Of a DNA stretch of 64,000 nucleotides, positions 32,541 to 43,517 are shown one piece after another. Below the pieces are notes generated by a model, which saw only the letters and a program-made list of their open reading frames with translations, did not search any database and was not told where the DNA came from. The position numbers and the translations under genes were made by a program. The stretch covers positions 640,001 to 704,000 of the forward strand of contig CAWFSF010000006.1 in the NCBI GenBank assembly GCA_963818475.1. The letters run 5' to 3'. Every line of letters begins with the position of its first letter. Positions within the stretch are counted from its first letter, which is position 1. Source of the DNA: Nitrospirota bacterium (GTDB taxonomy: Bacteria; Nitrospirota; UBA9217).

Positions 32541-33894
32541 GTGTTTAAAAAAATACTGATCGCCAATCGCGGCGAGATCGCGCTCCGCGTCATCCGGGCC
32601 TGCAAGGAGATGGGCATCAAGACCGTGGCCGTCCATTCCACGGCCGATGCCAATTCTCTCCACGTCCGTTTTGCCGACGAGAGCGTCTGCATCGGACCGC
32701 CGAAGAGCGCGGACAGCTATCTGAACGTGCCGAGCATCATCAGCGCGGCCGAGATCACGGATGCCGAGGCCATTCATCCGGGGTACGGTTTCCTGGCCGA
32801 GAATGCCAGTTTTGCCGAGATCTGCAACTCCACGGGCATCCGGTTCATCGGCCCCAGCCCGGAAAGCATCAAGCAAATGGGCGACAAGGCCAAGGCCCGG
32901 GAAACGGCGCATCAAGGCCGGCGTACCCGTGCTGCCGGGCAGCAACGGCGTCGTGACCGAAGAGAAGCAGCGCCATCGAGATCGCCCGCGAGCTCGGATT
33001 CCCGGTGATCGTCAAGGCGGCGGCCGGCGGCGGCGGCAAGGGCATGCGGGTCGTGATGGACGAGGCGGATTTCGCGAACGCCTTCGTCATGGCCCAGACC
33101 GAGGCGCTGGCGGCGTTCAGCAACGCCGATGTCTACATCGAAAAATATATCCTTCAGCCCCGCCATATCGAGATCCAGCTCATGGCCGACGAGAAAGGGC
33201 AATGCGGTCTATCTCGGCGAGCGCGAATGCTCCATCCAGCGCCGGCACCAGAAGCTCATCGAAGAGGCCCCGTCGGTCATCGTCGATGCGGCCCTGCGCA
33301 AGGAGATGGGCGAGATGGCCGTGGCAATCGCCAAGACGCGTGCGATACCGCAATGCCGGCACGATCGAGTTCCTCATGGATGAGGACCGAAGATTCTATT
33401 TCATGGAGATGAACACCAGGATCCAGGTCGAACACCCGGTGACCGAGATGGTGACCGGCATCGATCTGGTAAAGGAGCAGATCCGGGTTGCGGCGGGCGA
33501 GCCGCTCTCGTTCACGCAGGAAGGATATCAGGATCAGCGGGCACAGCATCGAATGCCGCATCAATGCCGAGGACCCGGAGAAGTTCACTCCGTCACCCGG
33601 CACGATCACGGCGTTCAATCCGCCGGGCGGGCTCGGGCGTCCGCGTGGAAACCGCTGCATATACCCAGTATGTGATTCCGCCCTACTATGACTCGATGAT
33701 CGCAAAGCTGGTCGTGCATGCGGACGACCCGGGACGATGCGATCATGCGGATGCAGCGTCGCTCTGACGAATTCATCATCGAAGGCGTCAAGACCACGAT
33801 CCCCATGCACAAGAAGATCCTCGATGACCCGGATTTCCAGAAGGGCGACATTTCGACGAAGTTCATGGAGCGGTACAATAACCCGCAAAAGTGA
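32541..33894 (+). CDS. accC: Biotin carboxylase (multiple frameshifts)
   Basis: [58 protein letters not shown]. Confidence 0.92.
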
Positions 33895-34505
33895 TCTGAG
33901 AGGTCTCTGCCTGATCCTGGACCAGGACCTCGCTGCCGTATCGACCCGGTGGCAGGCGGCGGCCCAGGCGCAGAGCGGGGGCGTGACGTTCTTTCAGTAC
34001 CGGAACAAGAACGGCACGCGGCGTGCAGATCTATGAAACAGCGCTTCGACCTGGCGCGGGTCATCCGCGCAAGCTGGAGCGCTGTTTCATTGTGAACGAC
34101 CATGCCGACATCGCCGCCGCTGTCGGGGCCGATGGCGTTCATCTGGGACAGGATGACCTTCCCATCGAGGCCGCCAGGCGCATTCTCGGCCCTGAAGCGC
34201 TGATCGGCATCTCGACACACAGCCTGGAACAGGCCAGAGCAGCGCAGAGCAGCGGGCGCGGATTATATCGGGTTCGGCCCCATCTTTCGGACCGCGACGA
34301 AGGATGCCGGGGCGGTCCAGGGACTTGAAAGCCTGGCAGCGGTCATCAGCAGGCGGTCTCGATTCCGGTCATTGCGATCGGCGGCATCACCCGGGACACC
34401 ATCGGTGATGTCATGAGAGCGGGAGCCGACGGAGCGGCGGTGATCGGCGCGATCTGTGCAGAACAGGATATTACGACAGCGGCTGCGGAATTGATCAGGG
34501 CATGA
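33880..34505 (+). CDS. thiE: Thiamine-phosphate synthase (frameshifted; start uncertain)
   Basis: [38 protein letters not shown]. Confidence 0.85.
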
Positions 34506-34542
34506 CGAGCAGGCAGTTACCAGAGAGTTCAGAGGGGGGATC

Positions 34543-35650
34543 ATGAAAAAATCTGCTATTCGATCATGGCAATGCTGGCGCTGCTGATCGGCTGCACTCA
34601 GCAGGACGACAACGTGATCAGGATCGGGGCCGCAGGCCCCATGACCGGCGACCAGAGCAAGATGGGCATCGATCTGAGGAACGGCGTGGAACTGGCAGTC
34701 GCCGAATGGAACGAAAAGGGCGGCGTTCTGGGAAAGAAGATCCAGCTGGTCCCGGGCGACGATCAGGCAGACCCCAAACAGGCCGTTTCGATCGCGAACA
34801 AGTTCATCAACCAGAAGGTAGTCGCCCTCGTCGGACACTGGAATTCCAGCTGCTCCATCAACGCTTCGCACGTATTACAACGACGCGAACATCGTATGCA
34901 TCAGCCCTGCCACCACCAATCCCCGGCTGACCCAGCAGGGGTTAAGAAGGTTTTCCGGGTGTGCGGCACCGACGACCAGCAGGGAGGAGTGGCGGCCGAA
35001 TTCGTTCTGAAGACGCTGAAGCCGAAGCGGGTGGCCGTCATCCATGACAAGACGACCTATGGACAAGGGCTTGCCGATTATTTCAAGAAGGCCCTCGAGC
35101 GACAAGGTGCAGGTCGTCTATTACGACGGCATCCAGACCAGAGGGACCCGGACTACAAGGCAGTCCTGACCTCGATCAAGGAGAAGAAGCCTGAGCGTCT
35201 ATTTCTTCGGCGGCGTCTATCCTGAAGCAGGGCAGGCTGGTGCGCCAGGCCAAAGAGGTCGGCATGAACATCCCCATGATCACCGGGGACGGCGTGTTTG
35301 ACCCGACCTTTATCAGCATCGCCGGCAAGTGCAGCTGAAGGGACCTATGTGACGTTCGGCAAGGACCCGTCAGGGCTGCCGTACGTCCAAAGCGTTCAAT
35401 GAAAAATACACGGCCAAGTACGGCGCACCGGGGCCTTACTCCATCTATGCCTATGATGCGGCAAACATCATTCTTACGGCGATCCAGAAGACCGGGACAA
35501 CGGACGGAACGGCAGGTCGCTGCGTATATATCGAAGAACACCTTCCACGGCGCTTTTGGCGACATTTCTTTTGACAAGAACGGGGATGTGACCAAGGCGC
35601 CCTATGTGGTCTGGAAGGTCAAGGACGGCAAATTCGTTGAAGTGAAGTAA
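34543..35650 (+). CDS. livK: Branched-chain amino acid ABC transporter substrate-binding lipoprotein (multiple frameshifts)
   Basis: Lipobox [38 protein letters not shown]. Confidence 0.85.
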
Positions 35651-35696
35651 ACGGGCGGAAACAATTCGGAACGCTTTCCTGCATCTCGGATCTATC

Positions 35697-36603
35697 ATGT
35701 TCACCCAACAGCTCATAAACGGTCTTGCCCTGGGCGCGGTGTATGCTCTGATCGCGCTGGGCTATACCATGGTGTACGGCATCCTCCAGCTCATCAACTT
35801 TGCCCATGGTGAGGTGTACATGCTCGGGCGCCTACCTGGGCATCATCGTCTTCGGCGTGCTGACCTACTGGGGACTTACCGCGTACAGCCTGACGCTGTC
35901 CCTCCTGATCACGGTCCTCGTGTCCATGGCGTTCTGCGCAGCTCTATGGCGCGGTCATCGAACGCGTTGCTTACCGGCCGCTCCGCAATGCCGCCAAGCT
36001 TACCCCCCTGATCAGCGCCGTGGGCATGTCGATCATTCTCCAGAACTTCGTGATGCTCGCCCAGGGCAAAGAGTACAAGAACCTGCCTCCCATGCTTCCC
36101 TCCGAGGGGTTCAACCTCTTCGGCGCGAATGTGTCTCCCGTGCAGATATTCATCCTGACCGCGTCCATCCTGATGATGATCGCTCTCCAGCTTTTTGTTT
36201 CAAAGACCAGGCTCGGGCAAGGCCATGCGCGCCACGTCCCAGGACCGGGTCATGGCAGGCCTGGTGGGAATCAATATCAATCAGGTCATTTCGATCACCT
36301 TCATGATCGGTTCGTCCCTTGCGGCAGTGGCAGGGGTCATGGTCACGCTTTATTACGGCGTGGTCCATTTCTCCATGGGCTATACTGCGCGGGCATCAAG
36401 GCCTTCACCGCGGCCGTGCTCGGCGGCATCGGGAGCATCCCCGGCGCCATGCTCGGCGGCTTCATGCTCGGACTGATCGAGAACTTCGGCGCCAGCTACA
36501 TTTCGAGCGTCTATAAGGATGCCTTTGCTTTCCTCGTTCTTATCATCACGCTCATCATCCGGCCTTCGGACTGTTCGGGCAGAAGACCATGGATAAGGTT
36601 TAG
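35697..36603 (+). CDS. livH: Branched-chain amino acid ABC transporter permease (multiple frameshifts)
   Basis: [43 protein letters not shown]. Confidence 0.88.
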
Positions 36604-36633
36604 ACAGTTACGATCAAATCGTCTTAAACAGTG

Positions 36634-36752
36634 AACCGCGAATGTACGCGAATGAACGCTAATCAAAAACAAGACTTATTGCATTCTATTCGCGTTAATT
36701 CGTGTACATTAGCGGTTAAATAGCTTTCTGCTTCCGGTTTGTCCGGGTCAGG
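36634..36752. repeat. Hairpin element E3 (CGCGAAT 10-mer units) plus flanking CTTCCGGTTTGTCCGGGTCAGG motif
   Basis: AACCGCGAATGTACGCGAATGAACGCTAAT ... ATTCGCGTTAATTCGTGTACATTAGCGGTT. Confidence 0.75.
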
Positions 36753-36779
36753 TTCATCATCAATTCCCAGGAGGTTTTC

Positions 36780-38070
36780 ATGTCTGACATCAAAAAAATG
36801 TACAAGACCATCATGGCGGACAATTTTCCGCCCGAAATGACCATCAGCTTCGGCGATCAAAAACTGGTGTACCGGAAACGGTCATGGAAGCTTGAGGACG
36901 GAGCGGGAGAAATGATCGAGAAGGGACTTCGCTACGGCGAGAACCCGGACCAGCAGGCAGCCATGTACCAGCTGGTGAGCGGGAATCTTGCTCTTGCCGG
37001 GGTCAAATTCATCGAGCCGGGGAACGGTCTGGTGAGCTCCATTACGGAAGAGCAGATGCTCCAGGCAGGCAAACACCCGGGGAAGACGAACTTTACGGAC
37101 CTGGACAATGCGCTCAATATCCTGAAGTATCTTATGGACCGTCCTGCAGCCATCATCCTGAAGCACAACAACCCCTGCGGCGCTGCATACGGAAAGACCG
37201 TGTTCGATGCCTACGACCGCGCGAACATGGCTGACCGCATCGCCGCTTTCGGCGGATGTCTCGTGGTCAACCGGGCCATGGACAAGCAGACGGCGGAGCT
37301 GGCGAACTCGAACTATCTCGAGGTCGTCGCTGCCCCGGATTTCGAGGAAGGCGCGGTCGCTATCCTTGCGAAGCGCAAGAACCTGCGGATCATCAAGCTC
37401 GAAAAGATCGCTGATCTGGCAAAGTACCGGGACATGAGCTTCGTGGAATTCAAGGCCTTAATCGACGGCGGCCTCATCGTGCAGCAGTCCCAGAAGAACG
37501 CCATCCGCACCAAGGCGGATTTCCAGGAAGCGAAGACCACGTATAAGGGGACCGAATACAAGATCGAACGGAAGCCGACGGACAAGGAATACGATGACAT
37601 GCTCTTCGGCTGGAACGTGGAGCAGGGGATCACGTCCAATTCCGTCATCTATGTGAAGGACGGCGTCACCGTCGGCATCGGCACCGGCGAGCAGGACCGG
37701 GTCGGTGTTGCCGAGATCGCCATCTTCAAGGCCTATACGAAGTATGCCGACGGGCTTTGCTTCAAAAAATTCGGCGTCCCCTATAAGACCTACGAGCTTG
37801 AGGCGCAGCCAGGGCAAGCGGGACAAGGGTGCGCTCAAGGAGATCGACGAGCAGACGAAGAAGGACAAGGGCGGCCTCATCGGTTCCACCATGGTCTCGG
37901 ACGCGTTCTTCCCGTTCCGCGACGGCGTGGACGTGGGGCTCAAGGAGGGGATCTCGGCGATCGTGCAGCCCGGCGGCTCGGACAGGGATTTCGACGCAAT
38001 TACCGCCTGCAATGAAGCAAACCCGAAGGTGACCATGGTGTTCACCGGGCAGAGGGTGTTCAAGCATTAA
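36780..38070 (+). CDS. purH: PurH-like AICAR transformylase lacking the N-terminal cyclohydrolase domain (frameshift near 37805)
   Basis: [44 protein letters not shown] terminus. Confidence 0.85.
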
Positions 38071-38093
38071 TTCACGCAAGGCGGATAGTAAAT

Positions 38094-38131
38094 AAAAAAG
38101 CCCTCAGACGATTCATTGGTCTGGGGGCTTT
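38094..38131. terminator. Bidirectional intrinsic terminator
   Basis: AAAAAAGCCCTCAGAC...GTCTGGGGGCTTTT between convergent genes. Confidence 0.7.
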
Positions 38132-38225
38132 TGATTTTAGTAGGGAATTGTTAAGTACACCTACTACTCTGCGCTGGCGATCTAGTGACAAGGGTAAAAA
38201 ATACCAGTTGTAACCTGTATATGAA

Positions 38226-38288
38226 TACGCCAGGTGAGGGGCAGCCGGAGCGGTGAAGCCGCTTCCCTCTCGAACGAACTGTTAGGGC
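38226..38288 (-). mobile_element. Degenerate integron attC-like site
   Basis: Minus strand GCCCTAAC-AGTTC-GTTCGAGAGGGAAGC...GCTGCCCCTCACC; the TAAC overlaps the stop codon; the distal R' box is degraded. Confidence 0.55.
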
Positions 38289-38743
38289 ACATTTCTTTGC
38301 TTCTCCCGCACGAGATATTCGATTGACACGCCCTCCAGGCTCGCAAGCTGACGACCTGGCTGGGTGAGCGGGTCAAGGAACACGCGGAGGTGGTGATCAC
38401 CTTCCCATTTAATCTCAGGTGGACGCCCCCTTTCATCATTGGTGGACAATGCATAGAAGGCGACGGACGAATCTGGATCTCCGTGCCGGAAAGAGGACTG
38501 ACTCGATGGGCTAACGTGAATTTCGTCATACAGTGCGCCCGCCCCGAAACCAAGCCCATTGTGAACAACCTCAACGGTGGCGACCAACGCGCCTGAGGGG
38601 TTAGGGAATTTATGGAACTCCATAACCTGCGGCTTCCCTTCTGAGCATGCCAAGATAAACAAAGCCGACATAATTGCGCTCAAGTATGCTGCAATTGTCC
38701 GGGCGCGTCGAAAGTTGAAAGTACCAGCTATAGTCATGTTCAT
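38282..38743 (-). CDS. Hypothetical lipoprotein (cassette-like gene)
   Basis: 153 aa, signal peptide with ILAC lipobox; bounded by TTAGAGC upstream and an attC-like site downstream. Confidence 0.6.
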   Translation of the reverse strand: MNMTIAGTFNFRRARTIAAYLSAIMSALFILACSEGKPQVMEFHKFPNPSGALVATVEVVHNGLGFGAGALYDEIHVSPSSQSSFRHGDPDSSVAFYALSTNDERGRPPEIKWEGDHHLRVFLDPLTQPGRQLASLEGVSIEYLVREKQRNVP

Positions 38744-38911
38744 GCGCTCTAAGTGATTATCTAGCCTCCCTGCTCAGCACACGCTTAGGCAGTTTAGCAA
38801 AGGGGATATCAACTTTTTTGACAACGTCTATGGACGGCTGGAACTCTTTCACTTCTTCAGGTTGTAACATGCAATCTGCTGCGTTTTCGTGGATTGCGCA
38901 GTACAGGAAAA

Positions 38912-38939
38912 AGTATATGCTATGCAGATTTATTGTCAA
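38912..38939 (-). promoter_or_regulatory. Putative sigma70 promoter
   Basis: Minus strand TTGACA-16 bp-TATACT facing the cassette-like gene. Confidence 0.5.
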
Positions 38940-39008
38940 TTGAAAGAAGAGAAGTAAAGAAAAAGCACTATTCGTGTGAAATGGTCGGTAGTTCCAGATA
39001 GGTTCACT

Positions 39009-39789
39009 TCATATCAATGCCCTCATCTCCTCCAGCTTTTCCTCAGCTGCCTTCTTCCCGCGCTTCAACAGCTCTTTCGCCTTGGAAAGGTCGTAGATCG
39101 GTATTCCCTTCGCATTCACGTGAATGGCCACGTCTGCCAGCTTTTCCTCTTCACGGGCGTTCTTCGATGCCCAGAGCGCGGACAGGTGCGTTGCGATGGA
39201 TATCATATTATTGTAATCATCCGATTCCATGGCCTGATAATTCACGTTCACGGAGATAACCTTCTTCATTCCCAGGTCTTCCCGAACAGCACGGACCGGT
39301 ATCTGGCTCGAAATGCCGCCGTCCACCAGGAGTTTATTATTGAGCTCGGTCGGGGTGAAGAGGATGGGCACGCTGCAACTTGCCTGGACGGCCTTTGCTA
39401 TGGAACCGCTCGTTATGACGACCTTCTCGGCTGTTTTAAGGTCAGTGGCTACGACTGCAAGGGGAAGGGGAAGTGCGGAGAACTTCTTGATCTGAAGCAC
39501 GGACTCCATGAACTCATAGATGCCGATCGCTTGATATCAGACCTTGCTTCGGTATCGTGAATTTGAGCACGTCCTTCCATTTCGTGTGCAAGAGGAGGCG
39601 TTTAATCTGGGAAAGGGGCATCCCGGCGCAATAGAGAGCGCCGATAACGCTGCCTGCGCTCGTGCCGGCGATAGCATGGATGGGGATGCCTTCCTGCTCC
39701 AGAGTGTCCAGAACCGCGATATGGGCAATGCCGCGGGCTGCGCCGCCGGAAAGTGCCAGTCCTATGGTCTGGGCAGGTGGTCGCGGCAT
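39009..39789 (-). CDS. Patatin-like phospholipase (frameshift near 39530)
   Basis: GGAARG, GTSAG, DGG motifs. Confidence 0.9.
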
Positions 39790-39903
39790 TGAGTCTCCCC
39801 CCGAACTATTTGTTAAAAAAGACCACAAATGAGTACCGCCATGACCAAAGGCCATGGCGGAGCGAAAATCCAGTGAATCGGCAATGCAGAACCGGTTTGC
39901 GTG

Positions 39904-40506
39904 CTACTTCGTTGCCAGTTTCGATGTGGCATCCTTGACATGAGCTGCCATGTCTTCGAAGGCATAGAGTACGCAGAGATAGGTCGATGATGATTTGGGG
40001 ATGCACTCGCCCGATGCGAGCCGGTCCTCATGGGCGGTGGCGTACTCGCTGGTCATGCGCTCGATGGTGTTGCTGTCGGCAATGACCGTTTCCACGGCAG
40101 CCTTGGCGCCCGTAACCGCTGCTTCGCCGGCCTTCTTCAGGACTTCCTTTGATTTCGTAAAGAGCTTTCCCGTCTCCATGATGGCCTTGTCGCTGAACAG
40201 CTGGCCTTCCTTGATCCGGGTCCTGCTGTTGTCGATGATCCGCCTGATCGCGGTGGCGATCTTCTCGATCTGGGCGGGCACGCCGAGAATGGCACGGGCC
40301 TCAGCGTTCGAAGCAGCCATTTTGGCGAGTGTTGCGGTCAGCGCATCTTCCCTCACATGGATCTCATTCGCGAGATCTTCCGCCTGGTCCAGGGACGCCA
40401 GCTTGCTCTTTGCAAAGCCGTCCTCGGTAAGCTCCAGCATTTCCTGCGCTTTATGCATGATCAGGAAAATTTCTTTTTTGACGTCTTTGATCGTCTGTTC
40501 CGGCAT
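39904..40506 (-). CDS. PhoU-like helical domain protein (resembles the Na/Pi cotransporter C-terminus)
   Basis: All-helical; LFSDKAI, HEDRLASGEC..SSSTYL motifs. Confidence 0.7.
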   Translation of the reverse strand: MPEQTIKDVKKEIFLIMHKAQEMLELTEDGFAKSKLASLDQAEDLANEIHVREDALTATLAKMAASNAEARAILGVPAQIEKIATAIRRIIDNSRTRIKEGQLFSDKAIMETGKLFTKSKEVLKKAGEAAVTGAKAAVETVIADSNTIERMTSEYATAHEDRLASGECIPKSSSTYLCVLYAFEDMAAHVKDATSKLATK

Positions 40507-40812
40507 GAGGTGGATCTCCTTTCAGTCGACCGTGCCCATTACCACGCAGGGCAGAGTCCGCTAAACCATGGAAACTATATCAGAAATCAGGCGCCCTGAC
40601 ATGTTAATTTTTTTTATATCAATATTGCGATGATTTATAGAAATTGCATCAACGCTCATCCCTTTCTCTGAGCAGGGAACGGCAATCCTAACTTTCCATT
40701 CCTTGATCTAATTGTAGCATATCAATGTGTTTTAACGGGTTTTTTCTTGACTTACACGGTGGGCTGGTATACTCTGCGTCCACTATTCCTACCCATACTG
40801 CCGGAGTGCCCG

Positions 40813-42078
40813 ATGCCCTTTTTTGCCGGAGAAATCTTTGTCAGCGAGATCATCAACAAGCCGGTGCTCGACCAGAAGGGCGAGGAGATCGGCAGGCTCA
40901 AGGACATCGTCATCGGTCCCGGAGAACCCTTTCCCGCGGTCTCGGCACTCGTTGTCGCTGGCGGCAGGACCACCTGCATCATCCCCTGGGACATCGTCAA
41001 TCTCTTCAATCGCCGCGTCATCTCCGTAAATGTGATCAGTTCACAGCTCGCCGCCGCCTCCGTTGTCCCGACCGACATCCTGATCGGCCGTGACATGCTG
41101 GACAAGCAGATCGTGGACATCAACGGCGCCAAGCTGGTGCGGGTGAACGATCTCGAACTGGGCGACGTTTCCGGGAAGCTTTGTCTCGTGGCTGCTGATA
41201 TCGGGCTGCGCGGCATTCTGCGGCGGCTCGGGATCGAAGCCCGAGGAGAGAAGTTCCTGTCCCTGTTCCGGTACCGGCTGCAGCACAAACTGATCGGGTG
41301 GAACTATTTGCAGACCATCGAGCCGCGCCTGTCGAAACTCACGCTGACCATTTCGGGATCCAAGGTGGCGAAGCTGCATCCGGCCGACCTTGCCGAGATC
41401 ATCAGCGAGGTCTCCCAGAAGGAACGGACAGCCATCTTCGGCAGCCTCGATGTTGAAACAGCGGCCGAAGCCCTGCACGAACTGGAACCGCAGGTCCAGG
41501 CCGATATCCTCGACGACATGACCAACGAGAAGGCTTCGGACATCCTGGAACAGATGCCGCCCGACGAGGCGGCTGACGTGCTGGGCGACCTGCCCGAGGC
41601 CAGGGCGCAGGAACTTATCCACCTGATGGACAAGGAAGAGGCCGAGGACGTCCAGGAACTGCTCGAGCATGAGGAGGACACCGCAGGCGGCCTCATGACC
41701 ACGGAGTACCTTGCCTTTACGCAGGACATGACCGTCGAGGATGCGATCAAGGAACTGCGGCTTGCGGCGCCTGATGTTGAAACGATCTACTACCTCTATA
41801 TCGTTGACGAAGAAGAGCGGCCGGTCGGAGTGCTTTCGTTCAAGAACCTGATCCTTGCCAAGCCGAATTCGATGATCAAGGACATCATGAACACGCCGGT
41901 GAAGACGGTCCCGCTCGATGCGGACCAGGACACGGTGGCGGAGTTCATTTCGAAGTACAACCTGCTCGCGGCGCCGGTGGTGGACGAGAACAATGTCATG
42001 AAGGGGATCGTCACCGTCGACGACGTCGTTGACTTCCTGCTCCCGACTGCGTCGAGAAAAAAACGAAGAAGATTGTAG
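40813..42078 (+). CDS. Soluble MgtE N-terminal/CBS domain protein with PRC-barrel N-terminus
   Basis: LHPADLAEI, MPPDEAADVL, TAGGLMTTEY, GIVTVDD; no TM domain. Confidence 0.88.
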   Translation: MPFFAGEIFVSEIINKPVLDQKGEEIGRLKDIVIGPGEPFPAVSALVVAGGRTTCIIPWDIVNLFNRRVISVNVISSQLAAASVVPTDILIGRDMLDKQIVDINGAKLVRVNDLELGDVSGKLCLVAADIGLRGILRRLGIEARGEKFLSLFRYRLQHKLIGWNYLQTIEPRLSKLTLTISGSKVAKLHPADLAEIISEVSQKERTAIFGSLDVETAAEALHELEPQVQADILDDMTNEKASDILEQMPPDEAADVLGDLPEARAQELIHLMDKEEAEDVQELLEHEEDTAGGLMTTEYLAFTQDMTVEDAIKELRLAAPDVETIYYLYIVDEEERPVGVLSFKNLILAKPNSMIKDIMNTPVKTVPLDADQDTVAEFISKYNLLAAPVVDENNVMKGIVTVDDVVDFLLPTASRKKRRRL

Positions 42079-42198
42079 CATACCATCAGCGAGAGCTCAT
42101 AACGGGCGCGCGCCGTCTCCGGTCACGCGCCGCTATCCGCGGCAGGCTTCCGTTCCGTTGACCAATCTCGGCAAAGATGCGGTGGGGTCCTTTGTATC

Positions 42199-43449
42199 GT
42201 GAAATTCATTGACCGTATAAAAAATATGAAGCATGCCCGATGGCTCGTGCTGCTGAGCGTTATCGGACCCGGGTTCATCGCCGGGAACGCGGGCAATGAC
42301 GCGGGCGGCATCGCCACCTACTCCATCGTCGGCGCCCGGGAGGGCTACGGCCTGCTCTGGGCGCTCGTGCTGATCACCTTCGCCCTTGCCGTGATCCAGG
42401 AGATGTCCGCCCGGATGGGCGTCGTGACCGGCAAGGGATTCGGCGACCTGGTGCGGGAGCAGTTCGGCGTCAAGGTGACGCTGGCCGTCATGGCGCTCTT
42501 TGTGTTTGCCAACCTCACGGTGACCATTGCCGAGTTCGCCGGCATCGCAGCCAGCATGGAGCTCTTTGGCGTGAGCCGCTATATTTCGGTGCCGATCTCG
42601 GCCTTCGTGGTATGGCTGGTCGTGGTAAAGGGGAACTTCAAGCAGGTCGAGCGTTTCATGATCGTCATCAGCATGATCTACCTGACCTACGTCTTCTCGG
42701 GCTTCATGGCGAACCCGCCGTGGAAGGAAGTGGCGAAGCAGATCGCGCTTCCGCATATCAGGATGGACAAGGACTACATCCTGCTCTTCATCACCATGGT
42801 CGGGACCACGATCACGCCCTACATGCAGTTCTACCTCCAGTCCGCCGTGGTGGATAAAGGCGTCCGGATCGAAGAGTACGGCTACGCCAAATTCGACGTC
42901 TATGCTGGATCGTTCATGACCGTCTTCATCGCCTTCTTTATCGTGCTGGCGACCGGCACGATCCTGCACCCGGCCGGTGTTGTGGTGGATTCGGCCGAGC
43001 AGGCGGCACTGGCTCTGGAACCGCTCGCCGGCGACTTTGCGTCCCACCTCTTCGCAGTCGGTCTGCTGAACGCCTCGTTCCTGGCCGCCTTTGTCCTGCC
43101 CCTGGCCACGGCCTACGGCCTGTCCGAGGCCTTCGGCTGGGAGTCGGGCATCAACAAGACCTTCAAGGAAGCGCCGCAGTTCCTCGGCTTCTATACCGCG
43201 TTCATCGTGATCGGGGCGGGAATGATCCTGGTCCCCACCATGCCGCTCATCAAGATCATGTTCCTGTCCCAGACCATCAACGGCATTCTGCTGCCCATCG
43301 TGCTTGTCATCATGCTCCGGCTGGTGAACGACAAGGAGCTCATGGGAGAGTACGTCAATTCAAAACGGATGAACATCATCACCTGGATCACCGTGGCCAT
43401 ACTTATATTGCTTACTGTGATGCTGGTTCTGACGAGCGTTATTTTTTAA
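42199..43449 (+). CDS. NRAMP-family divalent metal transporter (Mg2+-type clade)
   Basis: GPGFI..NAGNDAGGIATY, QEMSARMG.VTGKG, GTTITPY. Confidence 0.88.
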   Translation: MKFIDRIKNMKHARWLVLLSVIGPGFIAGNAGNDAGGIATYSIVGAREGYGLLWALVLITFALAVIQEMSARMGVVTGKGFGDLVREQFGVKVTLAVMALFVFANLTVTIAEFAGIAASMELFGVSRYISVPISAFVVWLVVVKGNFKQVERFMIVISMIYLTYVFSGFMANPPWKEVAKQIALPHIRMDKDYILLFITMVGTTITPYMQFYLQSAVVDKGVRIEEYGYAKFDVYAGSFMTVFIAFFIVLATGTILHPAGVVVDSAEQAALALEPLAGDFASHLFAVGLLNASFLAAFVLPLATAYGLSEAFGWESGINKTFKEAPQFLGFYTAFIVIGAGMILVPTMPLIKIMFLSQTINGILLPIVLVIMLRLVNDKELMGEYVNSKRMNIITWITVAILILLTVMLVLTSVIF

Positions 43450-43517
43450 AAAGAAGGGTTCGGTCTAAAAAACGGCAGGTTTCAATGACGGGTTTCTCTG
43501 TTTGAAATGGTTTTCGA

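Noticed and set aside
32253-33008. accB-accC fusion ORF in the ORF track
   Set aside because: An indel at the accB stop (about 32480) explains it; accC has its own GAGGT RBS and GTG start
30243-37830. Apparent mass pseudogenisation or programmed frameshifting (M24 peptidase, accB, accC, thiE, livKH, purH; also 52-62 kb)
   Set aside because: Scattered single-base indels in essential genes, with no slippery motifs and intact catalytic residues, fit uncorrected long-read errors
40510-40810. M-box (ykoK) riboswitch upstream of the MgtE-like gene
   Set aside because: AT-rich promoter-like region with no recognisable M-box consensus; an Rfam scan would settle it
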